DNA of 64,000 bases. It comes from an uncultured Acidobacteriota bacterium. GTDB taxonomy: Bacteria > Acidobacteriota > Vicinamibacteria > Vicinamibacterales > CAVVIG01. The stretch is from NCBI GenBank assembly GCA_963773035.1, contig CAVYZX010000009.1, positions 290,695-354,694 of the forward strand, written 5' to 3'. Below, in pieces: positions 1-11,570 of this stretch. Numbering within the stretch: the stretch's first letter is position 1; each line of letters begins with the position of its first letter. The translations under genes were made by a program, and so were the position numbers. The notes under the pieces are model-generated. The model was not told where the DNA came from and ran no database searches. It saw only the letters and a program-made list of their open reading frames with translations.

Positions 1-2
1 TG

Positions 3-365
3 GGTGTCGCCCATCGTCAGATGGCCATTTCACAGATTCAGAAGCGTCTGTTTCCGTGGCAGCTCCTGGGTGCCGCCATCATGACGATCAGCGGTGGCGT
101 GCTGTTCTACGCACAGCCGATTCTCTACTGGGGCAAGGGGTACTTCTGGGTCAAGATGCTCGTCGCGCTGCCGCTCGCCATGGCAAACCTGCTCTACTTT
201 CACTACGCGACGTACCGTTCTGTCGCCGAATGGGATATGGAGCTGCCGCCTCCGTTTCCGGTCAGGATGGCCGGCGTGCTTTCGATCGTGCTATGGCTGG
301 CGGTGCTCTGTTCCGGACGGCTCGTCGCCTACGATTGGTGGACGATTGTCGAGAACGTGCCTTAG
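3..365 (+). CDS. DUF6644-like membrane protein, 5'-partial (frame open to window start)
   Basis: Hydrophobic ORF (SGGVLFYAQP...FWVKM...SIVLW...GRLVAY), paralogous to the next gene; no stop upstream of the ATG at 21 in this frame. Confidence 0.7.
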   Translation, partial: GVAHRQMAISQIQKRLFPWQLLGAAIMTISGGVLFYAQPILYWGKGYFWVKMLVALPLAMANLLYFHYATYRSVAEWDMELPPPFPVRMAGVLSIVLWLAVLCSGRLVAYDWWTIVENVP

Positions 366-426
366 CGGGTCGGCCCGAATCGATGATTACAAGGATCGAT
401 GATCGATGAACTGAGGGAGACTCTGA

Positions 427-891
427 ATGCTGCTGCCGTTTTTCAAATGGATGGAAGAGCTCGCCGTTTACCGCTCGTCCATCTATCTCGGTCCGGCCGT
501 CAATCTGGTGCACTTGACGTCGATGGTCACGTTCATGGGCGCGCTTCTGATGGTCGATCTGCGCCTGCTCGGCGCCGGGCTCACGAAGCAATCGGTGAGG
601 GAGGTCGCTCGAAGCGCCTATCCGTGGTTGATCATCGGATTCATCGGGCTGGTTCTCACGGGCGTTCCAGCGATGATGGCGACCGCCACCCAGCAGTACG
701 CGAGCAATGTCTTCTGGGCAAAGATGTACATCCTGGCGGCCGCGATTGTTTTCACGTTCACGATTCGGCGCAAAGTAACCAATGCCGACGAGACACGGGT
801 GAGCCCGGTTTGGGCCAGGCTCGTCGCACTCGTCTCTATAGTGCTCTGGATGAGCGTGGCTGCCGGCGGCCGCTTGATCATGTACCTCTAG
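427..891 (+). CDS. DUF6644-like membrane protein
   Basis: VHL...DLRLLG, FWAKM and SIVLW...GRLI pattern; four hydrophobic segments; GGGAG upstream. Confidence 0.75.
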   Translation: MLLPFFKWMEELAVYRSSIYLGPAVNLVHLTSMVTFMGALLMVDLRLLGAGLTKQSVREVARSAYPWLIIGFIGLVLTGVPAMMATATQQYASNVFWAKMYILAAAIVFTFTIRRKVTNADETRVSPVWARLVALVSIVLWMSVAAGGRLIMYL

Positions 892-965
892 TACCTCTAG
901 CTCGGGCTACTTACCTCAGTTCTTCGGTCTAAAGGCCAGCGGGGCGCGCCGAACGTCGTAGTGGG

Positions 966-1807
966 ATGGTGCGCGACGATCTGTTCGTTCTCCAGTCAGA
1001 GAACGTGGCCACAGTTCAGCCTTCGTGATTTCGCTCGCGCTCCACGCGTCCCTCGGTTTCCTGCTCTTGTGGTTCGGCCCTTCGGCGAGACATTCTCAGA
1101 CCGAACGGGCCGTTGCGTCGTCGAAAGATACGCAAAGTCAGATCGTTTGGATCGCTCAACCCGGGCCCGAGGGCGGCGGAGGCGGCGGTGGCAACCGGAT
1201 GTCAGATCCGCCACGACAGGCGAAGCTACCCGGACAAGACCCACGCACGATCCCCGTGGCGCCGCCGGTCGTCGTCGATCTGATCGAGCAGCCGAAGATC
1301 GACCTGAATCCCGTCGCCCAATTGAACATTCCAGCCCTCACTCTCGCATCAGCGACCGAGTCCTTGATCGGCGTTCTGGATCAATCGCCGTCTGCATCGA
1401 GTGACTCGCAGGGTCCCGGTCGGGACAACGGAGCCGGAGACGGAAGAGGTCGAGGTATCGATGGCGGGGACGGTTCCGGACTGGGCCCGGGAGGCGGAGG
1501 CAACCGTGGTGGTCCGCGTGGGGCGGGAAGCGGGGCCATCAGTCCCAGATTGATTCGACAGGTTCCGCCGCAGTACACGTCCGAAGCCATGCGTGCCAGA
1601 ATTCAAGGCGTCGCTCTGGTTCGATGCATCGTCCGAACGACGGGAGCACCGACCGATTGCGAGATTTCGCGTTCACTCGATTCCACGTTTGGACTGGATC
1701 AAGAGGCGCTGAAAGCCGCACGCCAATGGCAGTTCATGCCGGGAACATTGAGTGGCGAGCGCGTGAACGTCCCGGTCGTTATCGAAATGACATTCAGCAT
1801 CAGGTGA
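966..1807 (+). CDS. TonB family energy transducer (probable frameshift near 998; alternative GTG start at 1025)
   Basis: SLALH transmembrane motif, Gly/Pro-rich linker, TonB C-terminal domain (PQYTSEAMRARIQG...GLDQEALKAARQWQFMPG). Confidence 0.85.
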
Positions 1808-1824
1808 ACTGACGGCCTTCTCAG

Positions 1825-2592
1825 TTGCGCCCACGCGTCGTGAGATACTCACCCTTTGTGTGGGTGTGGTTGATCCCGATCGCAGGTTCGGCGATTGTCG
1901 CGCTCGCACACCTGGCTCCCACGCGATTCATCCTCGACCGGATGGCCGGCTCTCGAGCCGTCTGGCACATGCCGAGAGATTCGCCTGCAACGGTATATCT
2001 GACGTACGACGACGGGCCAAACCCGACCACCACGCCAGACCTTCTGGACGTGCTAGCTCATGAGCGGGTTCACGCAACGTTCTTTCTGATCGATCAACAC
2101 ATCACCGACGAGACCGCCCCGATCGTCCGACGAATGTTCGATGAAGGACATTCGGTCGGGCTGCATTCCGCCGCGAAGAGCTACATGCTGCTGACGCCGT
2201 CCGACCTCGCTCGCACGTTGACTGCCGCTGCCGATCGCATCGAACAAGCCGGCGGGATGGCGCCCTGCCGAGTCTTCAGGCCACGGGGTGGATGGCGGAG
2301 CAGCTCGATGTACGACGGCCTGCGGCAGATCGACTACCGACTGGTCGGTTGGGGATGGATGTTGTGGGACGTTCAGGTGTTTGGCAACCGTTCGGCCGAC
2401 AAGACCTTCGACCGGCTCAGATCGCGCGTCCAGGCAGGGGACATCGTCGTGATGCATGATGGCGATGAGTCGGCCCCACGGAAGGACCAGCGGCACACGG
2501 TGGACGCGACTGCACGGTTGATCCCAGCTTTGCGCAACCAGGGATTCGTGTTTGGTACAGTGTGTCGGAACGCCGATAAGGAGACGAGGTGA
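1825..2592 (+). CDS. Polysaccharide deacetylase (NodB/CE4 family) with N-terminal membrane anchor
   Basis: TYDDGP motif 1, ATFF, GLHS, VMHD motif 5. Start uncertain. Confidence 0.85.
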   Translation: MRPRVVRYSPFVWVWLIPIAGSAIVALAHLAPTRFILDRMAGSRAVWHMPRDSPATVYLTYDDGPNPTTTPDLLDVLAHERVHATFFLIDQHITDETAPIVRRMFDEGHSVGLHSAAKSYMLLTPSDLARTLTAAADRIEQAGGMAPCRVFRPRGGWRSSSMYDGLRQIDYRLVGWGWMLWDVQVFGNRSADKTFDRLRSRVQAGDIVVMHDGDESAPRKDQRHTVDATARLIPALRNQGFVFGTVCRNADKETR

Positions 2593-4208
2593 CGACGACT
2601 TCAAAGCCGAGAGCGGGCGCGTTTGCCAGCCTCGCTCGAGCCATGAGCTCGTGGCGGACGGCTTCGGTCGCGCTGCTGTCGTTTTCGTCCGGACTCCCGC
2701 TCGGCCTTGTCTGGTACGCCATCCCAGACTGGATGCGGGACATCGGCGTCGACATTCGGGTGGTCGGGCTGTTTACGTTGGCGCAGGCCCCTTGGGCGTT
2801 CAAGGTGATCTGGGCGCCGTTGGTGGATCGCTATGTCCCGCCATTCTGGGGTCGTCGTCGCGGCTGGATGGCTGTGACGCAGCTGGCACTGGCGGTGTTG
2901 GGATTGATGCTGGCGGGAGTCGGCCACCAACCCGATGCGCTCTGGGTGGTGGGAGCGCTGGCACTCGCGATTGCCCTTGCGTCAGCGACTCAGGACATCG
3001 CGTACGACGCTTATACCGTCGAGGTGTTGAGCCGGGAGGAGCAGGGAGCGGCGGTTGGCGCGAAGACCGCCCTCTATCGCGCCGCTCTACTCGTTGGTGG
3101 CGCGGCAATCACCTTTGCGGCACGGTTTGGCTGGCCCGTCGTGAACGTACTGCTGGCGGCCATCTACGTGCCGATGCTGATCCTGACCTGGAAAGCGCCA
3201 GAACCCCAAGTCGAGGTGCCGGCGCCGCGAAGCTTGCGCGAAGCGGTCTGGCAACCGTTCCTCGGGTTCCTCGCACGTCATCGCGCCATGGAAATCCTCG
3301 CGTTCGTCCTTCTGTACAAGATTGCCGATCAGCTCGCCCAGGCTCTCACTCGTCCATTTCTCATCGACATGGGATACAGCGCGTATCACCGCGGGATCGC
3401 TCTGGCGAGCATCAGCGTGGCGGCGACCATTGCAGGTGCGTTCGTCGGAGGGTGGGTGACGACGCTGGCGGGTTTGGGACACTCATTGTGGGTGTTCGGT
3501 GTCCTGCAGGTCTTCTCGAATCTGGGATACTTCATGCTGTCCCGTCTTCCGGCGCCGAACATTTCGTTCATGTACGGCGCCGCAGGTTTCGAGCTTTTTA
3601 CTTCCGGCCTTGGCACCGGCGCCTTCTCGGTCCTGCTGATCCGGCTCACACAGAAACGATTCTCGGCCACTCAGTACGCACTCTTCTCCAGTCTCTTCGC
3701 GCTGCCTCGCGTACTTGCCGGGCCGATCAGCGGATTCGCCGTCGATGCCGTCGGCTGGCCCACATTTTTTCTCTCGACGATGGTGTTGGGGATTCCAGGG
3801 CTGATGATGCTGGCTCGATTCGTGCCTATTGGCGTGCGAGAGCCTGAGTTCACCGTCGAAGAGATCCCCAGGACGAGGATTCCGGCATCCAGTTCCTCAC
3901 TCGCGGTTCGAGGCGTCACCGCAGGATTGCTCGTTGGCGTCGGCTCCGTTGCGCTCATCGCATTTCTCGACACACTCAAGACCATGCGCGAAGTGCCGGC
4001 TGCGGGATTCAGGTTCGCGGCTGCGTTTGCCAGGGTGTGGCATCCTGCCGGCGCGGCCGACTGGTTGCAACTGCTTGGCATCGTCGTATTCGCCGCCATC
4101 GTGGGACTGTTCGTTGCTGCAGCGGTTGCAGCGAAACACGGGATCGTCGGCGTGATGCAACCTGAGACGCCGGATGAAGCTGCCGGTGTGACGCACCAAA
4201 ACGCCTGA
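2589..4208 (+). CDS. ampG: AmpG-family muropeptide MFS transporter with C-terminal extension
   Basis: FSSGLP, KVIWAPLVDR, GRRRGW, SATQDIAYDAY and ATQYALFSSL motifs; 4-nt overlap with the deacetylase. Confidence 0.85.
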   Translation: MTTTSKPRAGAFASLARAMSSWRTASVALLSFSSGLPLGLVWYAIPDWMRDIGVDIRVVGLFTLAQAPWAFKVIWAPLVDRYVPPFWGRRRGWMAVTQLALAVLGLMLAGVGHQPDALWVVGALALAIALASATQDIAYDAYTVEVLSREEQGAAVGAKTALYRAALLVGGAAITFAARFGWPVVNVLLAAIYVPMLILTWKAPEPQVEVPAPRSLREAVWQPFLGFLARHRAMEILAFVLLYKIADQLAQALTRPFLIDMGYSAYHRGIALASISVAATIAGAFVGGWVTTLAGLGHSLWVFGVLQVFSNLGYFMLSRLPAPNISFMYGAAGFELFTSGLGTGAFSVLLIRLTQKRFSATQYALFSSLFALPRVLAGPISGFAVDAVGWPTFFLSTMVLGIPGLMMLARFVPIGVREPEFTVEEIPRTRIPASSSSLAVRGVTAGLLVGVGSVALIAFLDTLKTMREVPAAGFRFAAAFARVWHPAGAADWLQLLGIVVFAAIVGLFVAAAVAAKHGIVGVMQPETPDEAAGVTHQNA

Positions 4209-4300
4209 GCCAGAGCCGCCCAGGCCGAGCTAAGCTGGGCATTCGACCGTTCAACTCGGTTCGGGAGGACCCTTCGGAACGGTCGATATACTAAAGCCAC

Positions 4301-6531
4301 ATGTTTGAGACGGCGATTCCGCGTGTCACGGAATTCCTCGAGCGTGTCGTCGCGCTCAATGCCCGCTACCATGCCGGCGACATCCACGCGTACGTGCCCG
4401 AGTCGCTGCGGGACAGCGATCGCACGCTCGAGGCCCTGGTCGAGCAGCATCTGCCGGCTTCGCATGCCGCTCTCCAGGCTGCCTCGCGCGGACTGTTTTA
4501 TTCCCTTCCTGTGGCGTTCGATCCGGCCGAGTCCGTTGGACCGTACCTCGCGATCATCGATCGGGATGCTGCGGGCCAGGCGTACCGTTTTCTCGACATG
4601 GGCGCCCTCATCGCCACTCACGCGTTCGGAGAGAACGATCCGGTCGTCGTGCAAGCCATTCTCGAATCGCTGCCGTTCGTCGTCTCGCGTTACGCGCATT
4701 CCGAATACCAGACGGTCCTCTCGCTGAGGCTCAAATCCGAGCTCAATCGCATCGCGCCGGCTGGAACGCCCCGCCATTTCGTCGTCAACACGGGTGGCGA
4801 AGCGGTGGAAAACGCGATCAAGTCGGCGCTGCTGAATCGAGTCATGACGTCGGATGAGCGCGACGGCGGCTTCATCGTGTCGTTCGAAGGCGCTTTTCAT
4901 GGCCGCACACTTGGCAGCCTGGCAGTCACGCATCGCAAGAAAGCTCGATTGGGGTTCCCGACGTTCGACTGGCCGCACATCCCGTTTCCTGTCGAGAAAA
5001 CCGGGGCGCCGAAAGAGACGCTTCGCCGGGAGGATCGGACCCTCAAGCAACTCTGGGATCTTCTCGTGTCGGGCCGCCTGCCTCGCGCGGAGAAGAGCAA
5101 GGACACCTATCGTCGCGAGATGGAGGCCATCGACGAATTCCTGTCACAGCCCGATCAGGATCTCGCCGCCTTCCTTCAGGCCCAGCGCGCAAATCTCAGC
5201 CCCGACGTCGTGCGGCGCTCGCAGCGTGTCGCGGCGGTTCTGGTAGAACCGATTCAGGGCGAGGGCGGCGTTCGGGTAGCGAGCGCGCGTTTCATGCGAA
5301 AGCTCCGGCTGTTGACGCGCATCTACGATGTCCCGCTCGTCTTCGACGAGGTTCAGACCGGCTGGGGGATGACGGGCCGATTGTGGGCGCACGAGCTGTT
5401 CGACCTGCCGTGTCCACCCGACCTCGTGACGTGGGCGAAAAAAGCCCAGAACGGGGTGCTCTTCGTCAGTGAAGAACTGGCGACATTCTTTCAAGAGGAA
5501 AAGAAGTTCAACACGACGTGGGAAGGCGACTCGGCCGGCATGGTCCGACTCCTCGCGTTGTTGGACAAGCTCGATCTCGAGCAGGTTCGGCGCACCGGCG
5601 AGCAAGCCAGGACCGGGCTCGAATCGCTGGCGCGCGAGTACCGGGAAATCCTGACCGGCGTTCGGGGCGCGGGCGTGATGCTGGGGTTCGACGTCGTTCG
5701 AGCCGATCTCTGCGACGCTTTGCTGGACCGCGCATTCCGGCGCGGCTTGCTCCTGCTGTCGGCCGGGGAGCGAACCGTGCGTTTCTATCCCCGGTACGAC
5801 ACGGAGCCGGCAGTGATTGAGGAAGCCCTCACCATCTTGCGCCAGGCTGTGGAGGATCTCGTCGGCACACACACGGCGGTGAAGGGCCGCCGGCACCCAA
5901 GATTCGCGTTGGTACGTTGGAATTCCCACTGGATACCATCGAAGCGGTCGATTTGACGCCAGCTGCATTTGAAACCTACAAGTCCCAGATTCTGACGGTG
6001 GAGCAAGAACGGTACGGGGCCGGCACTCAGGAAGCACCAGAGTCGCAACGCGGCAAGCGGCGGCCTCTGTTGCAGCTTCCGCTCGAGACCCTGGAAGCAA
6101 CCGCCTCGAGTCCCCGGGCGATTGGGATCGCCTTGCGGGACCGTGTCTCGGGACGGCTGGTCGCGTATGCCCTGGGAAGCGCGCTCGAGTTTCACGACGA
6201 AGAAGGCGTCGGCTCGGATCCGCGGTTTGGCGAGAACAACACGTTTTACTTGCAGGCGATGGCTACCTTGCCAACGGCGCAAAACGCGCCGGACCTCGAG
6301 AATCTTCTCCTCGATTTGTTGCGGGAGCGTGCGATCGCGGCCGGATTCGAGTACCTTTCGACGCTCATCGAAGACCGGCTGCGCGAAACAGGTCCCGCCT
6401 GGTTTCGAGATGCCGCGGTTCTGGAGCGAATCGAAAACTATCTGGGGGGCGGCTCCGCGTTCGCGTACTGCCAGGTCCCGCTGCAGCCAGTTCACGAGCC
6501 CGACCCCGCGGGGCAGCCGAGCACAGCGTAG
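4301..6531 (+). CDS. Class III PLP aminotransferase (lysine-6-/GABA-aminotransferase-like), probably fused to a GNAT-like C-terminal domain across a frameshift near 5885
   Basis: FEGAFHGRT, VEPIQGEGG, FDEVQTG and WAKKAQ (PLP lysine). The frame of ORF 5917-6531 reads PPAPKIRVGTLEFP back through 5887, with no clear RBS. Confidence 0.8.
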
Positions 6532-6615
6532 GTGCGACGGTACCGCTATCTCTGCGCCGTGAACATGGCGCTGAATCTGGTAACATGCCCACGCTTGAGG
6601 CCAGGGAGATCTTCT

Positions 6616-7896
6616 ATGAGGAAGTTCGCGCGCGCGCCGTTGTTCGTGCTGGTGCTGACCACCTGGGTGTCGGTTGGCGCGCAGTCGCCCAAGCCGAAGC
6701 CGGCGTTTCCCGGACAAACTGAAGCGCCTCCGCCGCAGAAGCCTTCGGCCCCGTTCGCAGTCGAGAACATCGCTGGAGGGCTGACCGGCGCGTGGTCGCT
6801 GGCATTCCTCCCCGACGGCAACTTCCTCGTGACGCAGAACGTCGGCACCATGCGGATCGTTCGGCCGGATGGCGTCGTGTCGGGACCCATCGAGGGCGTA
6901 CCGCCGGTCAAGTCCGTGGCGGCGGAAGGCCTCCATGACGTCGTGCTCGATCCAGACTTCTCGCGAAACCGTCTTCTGTATTTCACATACTTCGCACCGC
7001 CGAAAGGCGAGGCGGCGGCGACGTGGCCGATCGAGTTCTTCTACGAGCGGGTGTGGACCAAACCGTTCGCGGAGCGCCGGACCATGCAGTTAGGGTTCGA
7101 GCGCGTGGCCCGCGCGCGATTGAGCGCCGACAACCGGCGGTTAGAGGACGTCGACGTTCTGGCCGAGGGCGCCGAGCGGTGCATCGTCGTAGCTCGTGAC
7201 GGGACATTGTTCATAACGGGCGCGGATCGGTTCCGTTTCTACGATTCCGATCTGGACGGCGTTGACCACGATTTCACGGACAATCCCGATATCCGACGCA
7301 ACTTCTCCGGTCGCATCATACGCATCAACCGCGACGGGTCGATTCCCAAAGACAACCCGTGGCTCAGCCGTGCGACGGTTCTGCCGGAAACCTACGCCCA
7401 CGGCTTCAAGGACTCGGAAGGAGCCGCAATTCATCCTCAAACAGGAGAGTTGTGGGCGATCGACCATGGGCCTCAAGGCGGCGACGAGGTGAACATCATC
7501 CGGGCCGGCAAGGACTACGGTTGGCCGGACGTCTCGTACGGTAGGCAGTACGATGCCCGCCAGACAGATGGGCGAAAGAACGTCCCGGTCGGCAACGGCC
7601 AGACGTCCATGAAGGGGGTCGAAGAGCCGATCTACTTTTGGGTGCCTTCGATCGCTCCATCCGGCATGATGTTCTACACTGGCGACCTCTTCCCGGAATG
7701 GAAAGGCAACCTGTTCATCGGCGCCATGGCCGGCCAGCACCTGGTTCGACTGGTGCTCAACGGCGAGCGAGTCGTCGCCGAAGAGAAGTTGCTGGTGGAT
7801 CTCAAACAGCGAATTCGCGAAGTCCGACAGGGACCCGACGGGTCGATCTACGTGTTTGCCGATGCCGGGCTGCTTCGGCTGACACCGAAAAAATGA
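6616..7896 (+). CDS. PQQ-dependent sugar dehydrogenase (soluble GDH-B/YliI family), secreted
   Basis: Signal peptide; WSLAFLPDG, LDPDF..NR, GSIPKDNP, DHGPQGGDEVN, SIAPSG and RIREVRQGPDG; GGGAG before ATG 6616. Confidence 0.9.
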   Translation: MRKFARAPLFVLVLTTWVSVGAQSPKPKPAFPGQTEAPPPQKPSAPFAVENIAGGLTGAWSLAFLPDGNFLVTQNVGTMRIVRPDGVVSGPIEGVPPVKSVAAEGLHDVVLDPDFSRNRLLYFTYFAPPKGEAAATWPIEFFYERVWTKPFAERRTMQLGFERVARARLSADNRRLEDVDVLAEGAERCIVVARDGTLFITGADRFRFYDSDLDGVDHDFTDNPDIRRNFSGRIIRINRDGSIPKDNPWLSRATVLPETYAHGFKDSEGAAIHPQTGELWAIDHGPQGGDEVNIIRAGKDYGWPDVSYGRQYDARQTDGRKNVPVGNGQTSMKGVEEPIYFWVPSIAPSGMMFYTGDLFPEWKGNLFIGAMAGQHLVRLVLNGERVVAEEKLLVDLKQRIREVRQGPDGSIYVFADAGLLRLTPKK

Positions 7897-7906
7897 GGGG
7901 TAGAGG

Positions 7907-9079
7907 ATGCCGGACATGACGAAACAGAACATCCGTCGAGAAATGCTGAAGGGCAGTCTGGCTCTTGCGGGATTGAGCCTGTTCGGCGTGCCGGACTGGG
8001 CGATTCCGGCCATGGCGGACGGCGCGACGCTCGTGCCTTTCACGGACATGCCCGAAAACGTCGTCACCACGACCGACGCGGAGCGGCGCATCATCGACGT
8101 CCGCAAGATCGATGGCGCGTTCACGCCGCGGGATCAATTCTTCACGACCCAGCACTACGGCCATCCCCAGGTCGATCCCGCGACGTATCGCCTGAAGATC
8201 ACCGGATTAGTAGACAAGCCTCGCTCGTACTCGCTCGACGATCTCCGGCGGATGGGCGGCGCCGAGCTCGTTGCCGGGTTCGAGTGTTCCGGTAATCGTC
8301 GTCCTCTTCAAGGTCTCTGCTCGAACGGCAAGTGGACGGGCATTCGGCTCAAGACGCTTCTCGATCAGGCTGGTGTGAAGTCTGAAGCGCGCGAAATCGT
8401 GTTGTTTGGAGCCGATCACGGCGAAGAAGAGGTGGAGTTTCGAACGCAGAAATACAAAGTGGAGCAGCAGTACGGTCGGAGCCTCTCTCGCGACAAAGCC
8501 TTGTCCTCCGAGCCGTTCCTGGCCTACGCGCTCAACGGCGAGCCCTTGACCCGACATCAAGGCTTCCCGCTGCGTCTGCTCGTGCCAGGGTGGTACGGAG
8601 CGCCCAATGTCAAATGGCTCTCCCAGATCCACGCTCAAGAGGAACAGTACCTGGGAAAGTTCCAGGCGCGTTGGTATCGCACGTTGAAGGGTCAGATGAT
8701 CGATGGTGAGATGAAGTGGACCGAGACCGCCATCACGCATATGCAGTTGAAGTCGTTCATCGCACGGCTCACACGCGAGGGGAACGTGCACAAGATGTTG
8801 GGCATCGTGCTCAACGACGGAACGCCCATCAAGTCTGTCGAAGTCCGCATCGACGACGGTCCGTGGCAGCCCGCGACGATGGATCAGGCCACCAAGGAAA
8901 AGTACTCCTGGAAGTTCTTCACCCACACCTGGAATGGCGCGACACCGGGCGAGCACACACTCGTCTCGCGTGTGACCGACGTGCACGGAAGAGTGCAGCC
9001 GACGGCTGAAGAGTTGGAGAGCAAGAAGACCTTCCTCGAGGACAACTCGCAGTTTCCGAGAAAGGTGACGATCGCCTAG
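7907..9079 (+). CDS. Molybdopterin-dependent oxidoreductase, sulfite oxidase family, Tat-exported
   Basis: RREMLK Tat motif; FECSGN (Mo-ligating Cys); HQGFPLRLLVPGWYG..VKWL; C-terminal dimerisation domain. Confidence 0.9.
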   Translation: MPDMTKQNIRREMLKGSLALAGLSLFGVPDWAIPAMADGATLVPFTDMPENVVTTTDAERRIIDVRKIDGAFTPRDQFFTTQHYGHPQVDPATYRLKITGLVDKPRSYSLDDLRRMGGAELVAGFECSGNRRPLQGLCSNGKWTGIRLKTLLDQAGVKSEAREIVLFGADHGEEEVEFRTQKYKVEQQYGRSLSRDKALSSEPFLAYALNGEPLTRHQGFPLRLLVPGWYGAPNVKWLSQIHAQEEQYLGKFQARWYRTLKGQMIDGEMKWTETAITHMQLKSFIARLTREGNVHKMLGIVLNDGTPIKSVEVRIDDGPWQPATMDQATKEKYSWKFFTHTWNGATPGEHTLVSRVTDVHGRVQPTAEELESKKTFLEDNSQFPRKVTIA

Positions 9080-11312
<2,233 letters not shown>

Positions 11313-11389
11313 TCAGGGCGCGATCCTGGCTCCAGTGTTTCCGCATCAGCGGCTTGAGCTGAGCCAGCAGAGGACGCGGAAACGAATCC

Positions 11390-11454
11390 AACGCGGAGCT
11401 CGCGAAGAAGGCTGAGGTCTTATAAGGTTCTGCGGCCTCCGCGGGCTCTGCGTT
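11390..11454. repeat. Imperfect intergenic palindrome (REP-like)
   Basis: AACGCGGAGCTCGCG ... CGCGGGCTCTGCGTT inverted arms. Confidence 0.55.
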
Positions 11455-11570
11455 TGATTCGGAGGAACGTCGCTTGATCCCCAAACCGTCCAATTCGACA
11501 TCTTTGGTGTCCAAATCGTCGCGATCTGGCCTTCTGAGCCATCCCACTCCTAAGGGGCTACAGATTCTTT

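Noticed and set aside
385-396. GATTACAAGGAT matches the start of a FLAG-tag coding sequence
   Set aside because: Only 12 nt match, the rest of the tag is absent, there is no vector context, and it lies within a weak ATCGATG repeat.
882-900. 9-nt tandem duplication GTACCTCTA at a stop codon as a target-site duplication
   Set aside because: No element lies between the copies; simple slippage is sufficient.
3671-5050. Long antisense and alternate-frame ORFs (e.g. 3671-5050, 13957-15249, 52105-53223, 54339-55448)
   Set aside because: They shadow well-supported genes, lack motifs, and are expected in high-GC DNA.
5880-5895. Programmed ribosomal frameshift at the aminotransferase-GNAT junction
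   Set aside because: No canonical slippery heptamer, and similar indels occur throughout the window.
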